Source of the DNA: Felis catus
Taxonomy: Eukaryota
Length of the DNA stretch: 64,000 nucleotides
Assembly: GCF_018350175.1 (NCBI RefSeq)
Contig: NC_058368.1
Coordinates: forward strand, 180,732,001-180,796,000
Reading direction: 5' to 3'
Every line of letters starts with the position of its first letter. Positions within the stretch are counted from its first letter, which is position 1. The position numbers and the translations under genes are program-made. Shown here piece by piece: positions 1 through 13,280 of the stretch. Below the pieces are notes generated by a model. The model worked only from the letters and a program-made list of their open reading frames with translations. It did no database searches and was not told the DNA's origin.

Positions 1-65
1 TCATCTCCTATAATTTATAGTTGCAGAACAGTCCAAAGAGAGCAGACATAAGTTTTCAAATGATA

Positions 66-278
66 CAGAGTAGTAGGCAAACTTCCATAATGGGTCAGGT
101 AACAAATATTTTATGCTTTAGTGGGCCATCTCATCTCTGTTGCATCTAAGCTCCATTGTTGTAGTGCAAAAGCAGCCATAGGCAATGAATGAATATGGCT
201 GTGCTCCAATAAAACTTTATTTGCAAAAACACATGGCTGGCCTGATTTGGTTCATGAGATGTTATTTGCTGACCTCTG
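66..278 (-). mobile_element. MER58A-like hAT-Charlie MITE
   Basis: Contains aaagcagccataggcaat...ggctgtgctccaataaaactttatttgcaaaaaca, with terminal ggcaaact / tttgctgacctctg. Matches my recollection of the MER58A consensus (reverse). Confidence 0.8.
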
Positions 279-1954
279 ATATAGAGGACACCTTGACTTT
301 AAAATGAGTGATAGGTTTTGAGAATGATCCATGAAATTCTACTTGGGAGTTTATTCTTTCTTAAGATCAGTGCACAAATTGGCTACATGTGATGTGCCCT
401 TTAAAAGCTCTTGTATTCTTTGCCTCTGGGCCTAGCCAATCAAACTGGATTCCCTTATGTTATCTGACCAGGTCAGAACACTGTATTGAATCTTCGTTCT
501 CAAGGCTTATCTAATCCCAGATCTATAGAAAAAGTGCTCTGTGCTCTTGTAATGAAGATGTATGAGTTCATTCCTTTTAACATAGAAATACACTCGAGAT
601 GGTGAGTGATTCTGGCAGTCTGTGGGCTCCCTTTTCTTGATGTGAAACCCAACAACCAAACCAACCACATGAAGGTTTAATTGAAAGAGAGAATGGAGAA
701 AAAATAAACCATGAACAACAACAAATGGAAAAGGGAAGACAAAGCCCAAAGAACATACTCTCCTAACTAATTAATCAAGTGCTTTGTTTCCACTAACATA
801 TCAGAGAGTGTAGGCTGCCCTGTCTATTAGAGTCCTTTCCAAATCTGAGCAATGTAAACACTCCTAAAGACCAAGTAATGAAATCTCTATCGATGTGCCA
901 TCTTAGATGGAACTCACATACCCTTGTTTTGCTTACATTTTAATTTGCTTCTGCTGGATACTTACCCAGTAATTGCTTAATAAGATTAACCTCCCTGGCA
1001 ATGTGTGGTGTATCTTGATTAAAACATTATCAGAGTGAAGGATTATCGTATACCACAAAAAAAATGGAGGGGGTGTTATTTAATTAACTTATTGCCAATA
1101 TATCTTGATTGTCTCTTTGAAACACTGGAAAACTAGTCGATGGGAATTGATTCAGGTTATCTAAATGTATAGAATTGGGGAGTGGGGAGGAGGGAGGTCA
1201 CTAGGTAAAGAAATTGAAACCTGAGGTTCACTTTTTCAAAAAGACATAGGTGGCTGTGAGAAAGCCAAAATCTTTCTAGTTATTTTTTTAGACCAAACTT
1301 TACAACAGCTTGAGAGATCTGCTGTCTTTGGTCATAAGAAGAGTACTCTTTGGTGTTCAGAAAGGAGATGTTCCCAGTTTTCGTTCAACTTTATTTTAAA
1401 TTCTCACACTTTTTCATAAGAGTCCTATTGACAGAATTCATTGGACAACAATTTGGCAACCATTTTACTATCTTGTAAACTCATTTGGAAAATAACTGGT
1501 GATGTTACAGGACTTAAAAAAGCATGTTGCATCTGAGGGGGATAATTCTGGTCTTTCCAAAGGCACTGTGGAAAGTGTTTCTTCATTTAATTGAGAGACA
1601 CTGGACTCTTAGTTAGGACTTGTTCTCTTCAGGGAATCTTCAGTGCTGCTGATATGGGATGTTCAAGTGGGGGTGGGAGTTGGAAACAAAACTTAATCAC
1701 AAATGCGCAGAGTGGCTGACCTTAACTTATGGAAGTTAGTGCCAATCTGTGAGTCTCTTCGGTAAAGGATGCTATTTAAGAAGCATTTGCATGTAACTTC
1801 AGAATGTATACATACCAAATATATACCTGTGCCCCATGAGCGAATATGCATATTCACTTTCAAATGTGTGTTCTGCATTCTTCTCAAGGGGCAGGGTGCT
1901 GCTGACTTGTAGATTAAAGGGAGCTTAGGGATCAGAAGCAGCAGAGACCCCCTA

Positions 1955-2150
1955 AAGCGTTTCTCCAAGAGCAGCACCATGGACCTCTTGGGCAGGATCA
2001 TTCTTCGCTGTAGGGGCTGTCCTTTTACTTAACGGCATCTCAGCCTCTCTCTGCTAAATGCCAGTTGCAACTCCTCTGTGACAAAAAAGAAGTCTTCAGA
2101 CACTTGCCCAATGTCCCCTGGGGGCCAAAAATGCCCCACAGAGAAACACC
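1955..2150 (-). mobile_element. MER20-like hAT-Charlie element
   Basis: ggatcattcttcgctgtaggggctgtcc...tgtgacaaaaaagaagtcttcagacacttgcccaatgtcccctgggggccaaaa resembles MER20. Confidence 0.75.
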
Positions 2151-3201
2151 TTCATAAAGGAAACAGGAGCTGTGGATGGTGTCAAACACTGGAGGGAATG
2201 GACTACACATCAGAGACCAACAAATCTGGCTTCAGGCTTTTTGGTCAGTTAAGGCAGAACATGATCCGTTAAGGCAAGATATACTTTCCATTTTTAGATC
2301 TAGTTTTAGTTACCTGCTAATGGAAAGCATATAATTTCATCCTCAGATAAAACTTTTTCATGCTTACTTAAAGGTAATTTAGTGTTATGATTAGGATGGA
2401 TGAGTAGAGCGATTCTTGAAGATGGGATACAAAGAAAGACAAAAAAGTTACACTCAATGCCATTAGGACAACTCCAGGGAGAATAATTTAAGCAACATTA
2501 ACATCTCAGTATGACTAACGTGCATCTCTAAGGGAAGATGAATTCTGGAATCTTCTCTGTGGGAAATGATGGTGCTGAGGAATACCCCAACAACTTGCCC
2601 AAAGATGCACAGAGCACAGACTTGAGTTTAAGTCTGTACCTGCCTACGTGTTTGATTGGGGAAAGTTTCCAAAACACCCTGGGCTTGGTTTCCCTGAGAT
2701 GATACCCTTCCTTTTAGAGCTGTTGAAACTAGGCAATGCTTAGCTTGGTGCACACCAGGTGTCCAGTAAACGTTATTTCCTTTCTTGTCTCTGAAATATC
2801 TCTGCGGGGTATTTTAAGAAACATGGGGGTAAACTGTGCTAGGTAAACTGTTCTGATGTGCTAGGAGGCAGAGTGGAAGAGTCTGTGTTTGGAGAAGCCC
2901 TTCCACACCATCTCTCCTGTTTGTGATTTCCATCCTGACTCAAGCACACCCCACAGTCTGCCATCGGCTGCTGTTGTTTTTTTTTTTTTAATTGCCCCCT
3001 GTCTCTACCTCCTCACAGTCCTGTTTTTTCTCTTCCTTCTTAGCACCTTGTTAGCACCTATTTTTTTTTCCTGCAAGAATACAGTTGCCTGATTGCTTCA
3101 ATAAACATCTCCATTGTCCCCTTTACTGTTCTGAGGAGAGAAGCTTTGTTCCCTGAGTTGTCAAAACTCTGTTCTATTCTCTCCCAAAGCAGAACAGCTC
3201 A

Positions 3202-3840
<639 letters not shown>

Positions 3841-6800
3841 TCAGCAATGCAAATGTCAGGGGGGAGGGCCAGGTGCCTCTTCCAAGCAATTGCCTTTTAA
3901 GGAAGCTGCACTTCAAAAAACAAAAAAACCCAAAAACAACATCAACAAAAAAAAAACCCCAGCTTACCCCAGACCTCAGGGATTAGCTAAATACAGAAAG
4001 GGAGGAGATCCGGGTGATTAGGTCTCCTCTCCCTGTGCTGCTGTTCACCACCTTTGGTGAGAGGATCGCCAAGGTGGGGAGAAGAGGAGGGGGAATCAGA
4101 GTTCAGGCCTCTCTACCATGGAGGAGAAAATGTCCCTCTGGAATCGCTGTAAAGAATACTGCTCCATCACATCCAACCTCTCCCACACTGTGGATGCAGC
4201 TGTTTTTAGACTGAGGGTCCAAGGGCGTTGACAAGGATAATTTCCCCCAAACTACTCAAAACAGTCAGTGTCGAAACAAGGCTCCCCAGATGGGATGGTC
4301 TGCTGCTGAGACTGTAGTTGCACTAAAACAGCAATGCAGCAAGTATTGCCCACAGCTGGGCTGGCCCCTGTAAGCTCACCATTCTAGTTCAAGCTCTCAA
4401 ACTGCCTTTCCTTTCCACCTCTCTTCCTGCTAAGTGGGTACCTTTCAGCCCACTGTAGAAAAAGCTCAGGGGTGGTTGTAGAATGGGGTCCTTTCACAAA
4501 AATACTGTGATGATTCCCTCTCACACCCTGCACCCGCACCCACGCTTTCCCACGGGGACAGAGGGAGCCTGAGTGCCAACGTGCTATCTTTGCTAATGAG
4601 ACAAACGTGTTTGTAGGACTCTTGCTTTATTTCCACGTGTACTGCAAACCTTCAACACAAACTTCCTTCCTTCCCTCCTGTCTTTCTTGTCACCCTGTGC
4701 CAGCTCACCACTTCCCGGGTGGTTTCTCAAGCTCAAATCACCCCATCTTCCATGGTTCTGGGGGAGTTGTTTTTGCTACGTGGAATGAAAGGCAAATCCC
4801 AAACACCTGTATTCTTTCAAAGTCCCCATCTAAGAAATGCTTCATTTGCAGATAAATAAGGAGTACACTCCCCTGCATACTGCCCAAACAATAACCACAA
4901 TGTGTCTGTCTGGCATTTCAACCGGACATAGGTTGATGCTGTTGCTAGGGTTCCAGCGCTGCAGGAGCGAAAGGGCTGTTGACAGGGAAAGGTTCAGGGC
5001 ATGATGTGGGATGGGAGAAACAATTAACCACAGGAAACGCAATTAACAATGCTTAGGAAATTGTTCACACGGCAATTAATTCTGCATGCCTACCACCACT
5101 TAAAGTCAGGCTGCATTCTATTAAGGTTAAAAACCTATCTTCAAACAATACAGCTCAGATTGATGGCCGCAGATTAATGTGCCAAGGTGTCCCTGTGTGT
5201 ATATCTGCTTTTTAATTTAATTTTATTTTTTTGCACACTTCCCCATTTCAGAGCCATGTTTTTTTTCCCCCTATACATTACTTTGAAGTGTAAGGCAACT
5301 CTTTGAGATGATAAATACTAATAAGAATAAGTGACATTTACTATACACTTTCTGTCAAGGTAACACCTAATTTTCTCCTGCAGTTTATCCGTTATATGTA
5401 GGTCACTCACTTGAAGAGACCGGATTCTATTGCCTCAAATAATGACATATTTTCACTGTACAGAGGTCAGGAAATGAGAACTAATCGTGGCTGCTTCGAG
5501 ATAACGATAGCTTCTGATTTGTAATTACCAGGTGAAAGGGAGCCAAGGAATTATCTATTTTAAAATGATTCCCTTTTTTTTTTTTTTTTAAATGCCGCTC
5601 TTGGGTCTTGGGACTTGCCTTGAGCCTGCTTGCTGCTGCAGTGGAGGTGTGGTTCCCTCATGAAGGGTCTCCCTTCGTTTTAAGATATACACAGACCAGT
5701 ACTGCAGGTGCAGCTGGGCTCAGGCCTAACAAAGCTTTGAGTTTCTCATCTAGAGAAGGAAGCTGTGGGTCTATCAGGCAAGAATGACAATCTGCCCAAC
5801 GCCCCATCAGTGTGAATCTCTTTTCAAAGCTGTTCCCCTCTTTGGAAACCCAGTCTTGGCACTCCAAGATGAGGAACATACTGCAACCATCAACTTCAAC
5901 TTCGAGAGAACATCAAGCAGACAATACCCTAATCTTCTTGTGCATAAGGAGGGCATTCATGAAACTAAGTTCTGTTTGCAGAAACGCTCACCCCTCCCTT
6001 TTTGTTTCGGGTTACATAGCATCTTTTTATTAAAAAAAAAAAAAGAAAAGTATTCTGAAAACAAGAAGATGAGAGATGGGGTGAGAAGGGTTAGGGTCAG
6101 AGGAGACAAGTAACAGCTCAGACAACTCCCAGAAGTGAAAAGAAAATAAGAAAGTGAGATGGAGACAGGCAAAGGGGAAGAGCCAAATCTGCTGAGTGTA
6201 AGCTCTGTCATCCCAGCAGAAGCGAGGCAAAAAAATGAAACTCAAGTTTGGGCATATTTTCTGTTGTTGAACTGAACGTTAAGCAAATAAGTGAGAATTA
6301 TATCAGGGGTATAACCACCTTCTTTTGTTTTTTGGGAGGGATGCTGAAATAGGCTTTTGTTTGTACTTTTTTTTTTTTTTTTTTTTTTGGTCAGCTATTC
6401 CTTCTCTTTCTTGAGTAAGAAAATGAGAGTATCTTTCTGGCCTATGGGGATGGACTAAAGTGTCCTTAGGATAAAGAAGACCCAGGAGAGCTGTGAAGTA
6501 AATGAGTTTCCTGACTAATGAGAACTCTGTTTCTTATTCTGCTACTGATTTGCTATATGGCTGGGGCTGAGAAATCCGTGTCTCCATCAATCTCTCCCTT
6601 CACCTTCTGAAAATATTTCCCTTTACAGGTAGAATAATGGCTGCTGAGGGCTTGAGAGAGGTCAAGTGTCCACAACACCCTCGAAGATCTAGCAGAATGT
6701 CTTGAATATAGAAGGCATTCCATCCATAAATGTTTACCAGAATAGATAATGACATATGGAGTTAGATATGAGGGGCTGGATTGTAGGACATTATACTCTC

Positions 6801-7369
6801 ACAAATCAAACATATGTAATAGAGAGGCGTGAAGGGTGGACTACAACAGTGCTGGCAGCAATAGGGACAAGACTACAAAGAGAAGCTATTTTGGTTACTA
6901 GTGTTATCAGTACCTGCTGCCAGTCCTTGAACCCCTTCTATGGCCAGCACTTTAGGAGCCATTCTACAGATATTACCTTAAGATGTATGACTCGCATCTC
7001 TGGTTGGTACTATCCCCATCCCCATTTCATAGACAAAGAAACTACTGACTATGAAGTTTGATCACTGGGGGATTTCACAATCAGAGGAAGGTAACAGTGG
7101 AAGTGGTTATCTGCTTCATATTTCATAGTGATTTGGGTACAAATTCTGGTTTGCAATGGAATCTCAGCAAACCTGGTCTTTTGCTCGAAACTCATGATAA
7201 TCTCACTGTGGTTGACGAATGACCATTTTCCATATTCAGCACCTCTTCCTGAAGGGGTGATATCTCCTGTCTTGTTGAATTCAGATATGGCCACATGACC
7301 TGGCAGCACACACTTTGTATACCTTTTTTCCTTCTGCCACATGGTCAACTTGGGTCTTGAGGAACGATA

Positions 7370-7502
7370 ACATGGCTCAGACCCACGGCTGATGAGTGGG
7401 AGAATACAGAATGAATGAATGAATAAACTGTTACTGTTATAAACTGCTGAGAGTTTGGGGTTCTTTGTTTTAACAGCATGCCTGAGACTTCCCTAACTGA
7501 TA
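7370..7502 (+). mobile_element. MaLR (MLT1H/I-like) LTR 3' end fragment
   Basis: aataaactgttactgttataaactgctgagagtttggggttctttgttttaacagca...ctaactgata is a typical MLT1 3' terminus. Confidence 0.55.
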
Positions 7503-7511
7503 GGTTCGCTT

Positions 7512-7962
7512 ACAGCAGCGCCAACTCTTCCATGGGGCATACGTTCTAAGACTTGCCCTCCTGGTGGATGCCTTAAACTGCAGAATAGTACTGAACCCTA
7601 TGTACACTATGCTTTTTCCTGTACATATATGCGTATGATAAAGGTAAACTTATAAATAAGGCACAGTAAGAGATTACAACAATGACTAATAATAAAATAA
7701 TTATAAAAATATACTCTAATAAAATTTATGTGAACGTGGTCTCCCTCTTTCTCAAAGTATCTTCATCTTGTGATGCTGTGAGACAATAAAATGTCTATGT
7801 GATAAGATGAAGTGAGGGGAATAATGCAGGCATTGTGACCACAGTGTTAGGCTCCTGCTGACCATCTGACCATGTGTCAGAAGGAGGATGGTCTGCTTAC
7901 TGTGGTTGACCACGGGTAACTGAGCCTCAGAAGGCAAAACTGAAGATAAGGGGAGCTGCCAT
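7512..7962 (-). mobile_element. MER44/Tigger7-like TcMar DNA transposon relic
   Basis: ggtggatgccttaaactgcagaatagtactgaaccctatgtacactatg...ggcacagtaagagatta...ggttgaccacgggtaactga...gataagggga matches MER44 family ends. Confidence 0.8.
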
Positions 7963-9599
7963 GTAAGTAAACTAAGATACTCCATTTGTATACAACAGGG
8001 CTCTGTGCATTCCTTAAAGTTATTTATTTATTGAGTCAGGATCCTTTCTAAAACCCAGCCAGGAAAAGTTAGGACTACTACATACTTAAGGCCACCAACC
8101 ACAAAAATAGCTCTTTAAATATTATGTCATAGTATATCCAGCTGTGATGCACTCTAATTTGGACTTAGAAAGTCTCAAGACTTTGTGTGAACACTGGCAT
8201 CATCAACTTACATTTTCTCCAACAAGACATCCTGGATGCAGTGGGGTGGTCCCCTCTCTCACTTTCCACAAATGCTCTAGCAGCTCATCCCAAAAGGTCC
8301 TGTTCAGACCATCCTAGGGTCAGAAGTGAAATGAGTTTGGGAGGTCCTCTCCCTAATGTGACTCACCCCTGTCGGCAGTCAAAATGCACAATTTATCATG
8401 ACTTGACAGGCTCTGCTCCAGGGAGACCCTCAGATGGAACAGTGGGGCTCCATGGGTCAGCAAGGATGGAACAGGGAAAGGTTCCAAGTGGAAGTTCATG
8501 TAATCCAGGTGGCAGCTGGGAAATCAGCCACTAAAAACACAATAAGCAGCCAAACTCTGAAAGTATCTCCCTGGCTAATTGGAGAAAACTTTCACCAAGA
8601 GCTGAAAGTGAACCAAAGCAGGATGAATAGACCACACACAGATTCCAGATTTCAGCAAGAATAATAAACAGACCTACTTGGAGTTAGGGTGATAGTTCCT
8701 TAGCGGAGTTGCCTATTTTTGTGCCACATGGGCTCTAAAAGAAATACTCAGAGGTAACCAAGTGAAGATTAAGGGAGAGGGGTTGGTTGCAGGTAACAGA
8801 ATTCCCCAGCAACTGCAAGGACAGGAGATGTAGGCCTTGAAAAGTGGCAGCATGGAATGGGGGTTGTCTGAAATAGTAATTAGGGTATGTGTGGGTCCTG
8901 CTGGGTGCCACTTAGAACCTTCCATGTTCATTGGCTGGCAGAGGATCAACCTGACAAGAGAGTCAATCAATATGTCAGCAGCGCTTCTCAGAGAGCTGCT
9001 CAGCCCCTGCTTGTCAAGGAGGGCAAACACGGGGGCCACGGATGCTCTGTGTTTGCTGAGCAGGCCTCCAGGAGCAGGGGGTATCTTTAAAGATCAGGCT
9101 TGTCGATACATAACCGGAGGAAGAGATTGGGCTTTCCCTTTGAAAATGGAAGGCTTGAGGCCAAGCAGAGCTTAGGAAGTGGGAGGAGGGAGGCTTGCCT
9201 GCTGGGTCTTATAGCTCAGCATGCGGTCAGATTCACAAGGGCCTTAGAGATGATGGCAAAGCTCCTTCAGAGACCAGGTAGGCTGGGACTCCCTGCCCCT
9301 CCCCCCCCTCCCCCAACCGCATCAGCCAATTTAGTCAACAATGCCAGGACTCCTGTGGGAAGTGTAGCCAATTCCCCAAGTGCCACTGCTGAGAGGAGAG
9401 AACCACAGCAGAATAATCAGGGCTCAAATGCACAAACACTAACCCTGAACTTGCACAGGGAATCTGCAAAGGCACTTTTGTAAGCTGTAGTCAAAATTAA
9501 CACATGCAGATGAGCCTGCTCCATGACGATGTTGACAATTAACAATTATTTTGGCAATGCACCAGGTACTGGGCTAATTATGTTAACTGCATCATTTTA

Positions 9600-10060
9600 T
9601 TCATTACTTATCATTCAGCAAATATTTATGGAGCACCTACTGTGTGTTAGGTGTGTTCTAGGCTCCAGGAATAAAGAAGTTGACAGAAGGAGTTCCTTGC
9701 TCTCATGGAACGTACATTCTAGCGGGATACATAGAAACTAAACACACACAAATGAAAAGTAGAGGATGAATAGGGTTGGAGATGCCAGGGCCTGGGGGTG
9801 AGTAATTCAGTTTTTTGTTCAGATATAGACCAGTCAAGGATGGTGTCCGATAGGTAACATTTGAGCCAAAGCCCAAAGGGAGTGAAAAAGCAATTCATGC
9901 TGACATCTGGGGGAGCTTTGAGGTTGGAGTGGGGTCAGTGGGAGAAGAGAGTGCAAGGTGGTGGGGAAGGTGGGTGGTAGGGAGTGGGTGCCCTTGGAGA
10001 GACTTTGCCATGTATCTAAGTGAGATCAGATGAACACCGGAAGATTCTAAAGAGTGTGAA
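9600..10060 (-). mobile_element. L2 LINE 3' fragment
   Basis: tcattcagcaaatatttatggagcacctactgtgtgttaggtgtgttctaggc...ccttgctctcatgga is the reverse L2 3' end. Confidence 0.75.
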
Positions 10061-10099
10061 AGTCTATTTATTTCCATTCTCACTCAGTGACATGGTAGT

Positions 10100-10255
10100 G
10101 TAGTCTACCTCTTCTAGATAAGGAAATTGAAGCTTAAGGAGGTTAAGTCACACGCCTAAGATCACACAGCCAGTAACCAGTAACCAGGAAGTCTGGAAGT
10201 TAAATCCAGACACATGTGACTGCAGAGTCAGAGCTCTCAACCCCCATACTGCCCT
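10100..10255 (-). mobile_element. MIR SINE
   Basis: gataaggaaattgaagcttaaggaggttaagtcacacgcctaagatcacacagccagtaa (MIR core, reverse). Confidence 0.7.
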
Positions 10256-12604
10256 GCTACTGACTTATTCAACAGTCCTCAATAGAGGCCATTAGGCCCC
10301 TAATTCTCTAAGTGAACCGCTACTTAGTCAAGACTGAACAGGGCAATGGGCTACAGAATTACTTACTAAATACTGTCAAGGCTCACTCAGCAACAGACAC
10401 CTCCCTTTGTAGGCAGTGGTTAGTCCTCTGATAAATCTGTCCTTGGTCAGCGACCAGCTTGCTACTTAACTGAAAGGAATCGCGATTGTCAATAGAAAAT
10501 AAATCTGTTTGGCAACCTCAGTTCTCAGTCAGGCAGGCTAGCAATCAATATGCTTGGTGACTTTTTCCTTGGTCAGTTTGCTTATCATCCTTTGGGGACC
10601 TTGAATACAGTGCCCTTTTCTCAGAGAGGAGGGGGCCCACTGCGGTGGATTAATGGTATCCTTTTTAGGAACACTGTCGTGCCTAAATTACCTTCTGCCT
10701 GAAAGAAGAGATACAAACAAAGCCACGTGGGATAACATTCACGGAAGTGCCTTAAGTCTTAAAGGAGTTTAAAAAATTTAAATATAAAGGAGTTAAAAAA
10801 AATCCCTTTCAAACTGCCTTGGTGGAATGATTTCTCTTATTCCACCCCTCCCCCTGCCCCCACTGTATTGCAATACACTGAATGGAATGAATTTTCAAAG
10901 CACTGCAGGGAAGTTATGCCCACAAATCCCTTTACTAGTAATGGGATTTGTGTACCTATCTCCCAAGAATGCTCTGAAAAGTTACTTGTCTGTGTCTAAC
11001 TTCCAGCTTGCAGCTTCCAAAATGGTTGCAAAGTTTCTGGCCCAGGAATGACACAGAAGAGGAAGAATGAGGCCCAGATAGGATACCAGAATCCTGACAG
11101 GACCAGCGGAAATGAGAGGGGGCTTTGGAGAAATGCACCTGAATTCACACCTCTATCTGCACTCTCTTATCTTCCAGCCATGGTGCTAAAACAGGGATTT
11201 TGTCTCTGCCTTCCTAATGCTTGTCCCTTGCAAAGGCAGGGAGGCTTTCTGTCCCCTCCTGCACGTCTGCCAAGAGAACAAGGTGACAGTTGCGTGAGGC
11301 AGCTCTGAGACCAGGGAGCAGCGTGTTCTGGAGACAAGAAGAATCCACATGGAGGGAACCAGCGCATTAATCTATTTTCATGACAGGCTCAGGATAGTAC
11401 AGCAAGTGGGAAGTGGTATGAGATTAATCAATTCCTGTGTTTGGAGGAAACAAATGGGACCCCTTGCAGCTTCAGGATGCATGGGGCCCCCAAGCTGGTG
11501 TGACTCCTACCCCTCGAGTCCCCTTACACCTGCCACTGTGCGCTGCAGGTGGTAACTCTGGACACTGTCGGGGTGTGGTGTCTGGTGTGCTCAGGTGACC
11601 TCTAACAAGGCCCTTTGCTCTCAGCATCACCAGGCGGATCAATATGTAAGACAGACACACATGCTCACAGCTACTGTCTTTTCCTCGTGCACAGTCTCCA
11701 GGAACGTACCCTGGAGGATTGGCGATGCTGGCCAGGCGTCCCATTGTCCACTGAGCCAGCTTATCCTCAGGCAGATAAACACATGCCTGGAGCCATTCGC
11801 CACACAGGGTATCATTTCCCACCCAGACGACTCCTTTCCTGCCGCTATTTTTCCCAGGAAAGAAATAAAATAAAAGCCTTTCTTTCTCTAAGAAAGGACC
11901 CATGTGATCAACATACCTTTAGAGAATGATAATATCAGTAGGTTTTATTCAGCAAATAAATCATGGTCTCGGATTTTAAGAGCTTTTGTGATAGCAAAAC
12001 ACATCCCCGCAATCCACACGCATACACCTAAACGCATCTTTCTTCTCCCTCAGAAGCTTGTCATTCAGTGTTGACAACCCAAACAATATTTGTCTTTCTT
12101 TAAAGAACAGCACCCGGCAGCCCTGTTAAAGAGGGGGCCGGTCCACAAGACTACTTACTACAAAGGAAAGGTGATGCAGGCTGCACGCGGCATGCGGCCA
12201 CTAGACTCATAGGAAGCAGACATTATGAATGTTTTAGAGGATAAGATGTCATATTGATTGGTAGATGTGCAGTGTATGCTGGAACAAAGAGGGGGAACTC
12301 TCCCGTGGAAAGTAGGCTTCGCAAGAAGCCATGGTGAGGGGCATCAGGGAGGTTGGCAGTTGGGGCACTGGCCATATTCCTAGGGCACGTTTCTTCCCTC
12401 GGCTGCAGCAAATGAAGAAATGAAGGATCTGGTCTTGCTTCCCTTCCGAGTCCCAGGAACCCCCCTCCCCCCCCAATCAAACTGCTTCCAATGAACCCTC
12501 TGATCGAACTGTGGAGGCTACAGTCAAGCAGCCAGAAACGAATAGCAAAGCCAGGGGTGCCTTAGGAATGGGGTGAAGGAGGAACCATCCCCCTATCCTG
12601 GGTC

Positions 12605-12940
12605 TTTGAGACTCATTCCTGTCAGGGTTTAAATCCCCGTTCTGCTACTCATAAGCAGATGACCTTGTGCAAACTAATTGACCTCTCTGAGCTTCACTTT
12701 TCTTAGCTAGAAGAAAAAGTTAGCATTTTTATAAAGTACTGACTCAGTGCCTAACATCGTGTTAAGAGCTTTATACGCATTATCTTATTTACCCTTTACA
12801 AGAAGTCTAAAATAGGTACTATTATTCTTCCCATTTTACAGATGAGAGATGGGAGGCAGTATTGGAAATTTACCCATACAGACACGGCTGCTAGGTGGGA
12901 CAGGTGTTTATAGAACCAAGTGTGCACTTTCGGCCACAAA
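12605..12940. mobile_element. Two adjacent MIR fragments in opposite orientation
   Basis: + strand core gaccttgtgcaaactaattgacctctctgagcttcactttt (~12660-12700), then - strand core attattcttcccattttacagatgagagat (~12820-12850). Confidence 0.65.
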
Positions 12941-13139
12941 GGGAAGAGGGTGATCAAACTGACCTTACGATGTGGTGTTAGTATAAAGGAGGCAGGAATC
13001 CGTGAGTATCGAACACAGAGAAGGCACTCAAAAATGTGTCTTACTTTCTGCTGTATCTTGGGTCATTTTGCCATTACAACGAGACCCATTGTAACTAATG
13101 TTTAATTGAGCTCTTGATGTGTGCCAGGCGCAAATTTTA

Positions 13140-13280
13140 TCAAGTGTGTGTAATATTTTCCCATTTTGCAGATGAAGACATTGAGGCTCAGAGAGCTGGA
13201 GTAACATGCAGCTGCTAAGTGGTAGAAAGGTGTGACTTGAACCTGGGCCATGACACCTAACACCTGAGCATCGCATTATT
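13140..13280 (-). mobile_element. MIR SINE
   Basis: cccattttgcagatgaagacattgaggctcagagagctggagtaac...ctaagtggtaga. Confidence 0.7.

Noticed and set aside
1972..1984. CAGCACCATGGAC as an RE1/REST site within MER20
   Set aside because: Lacks the 5' T and the AG completing GGACAG; a partial match only.
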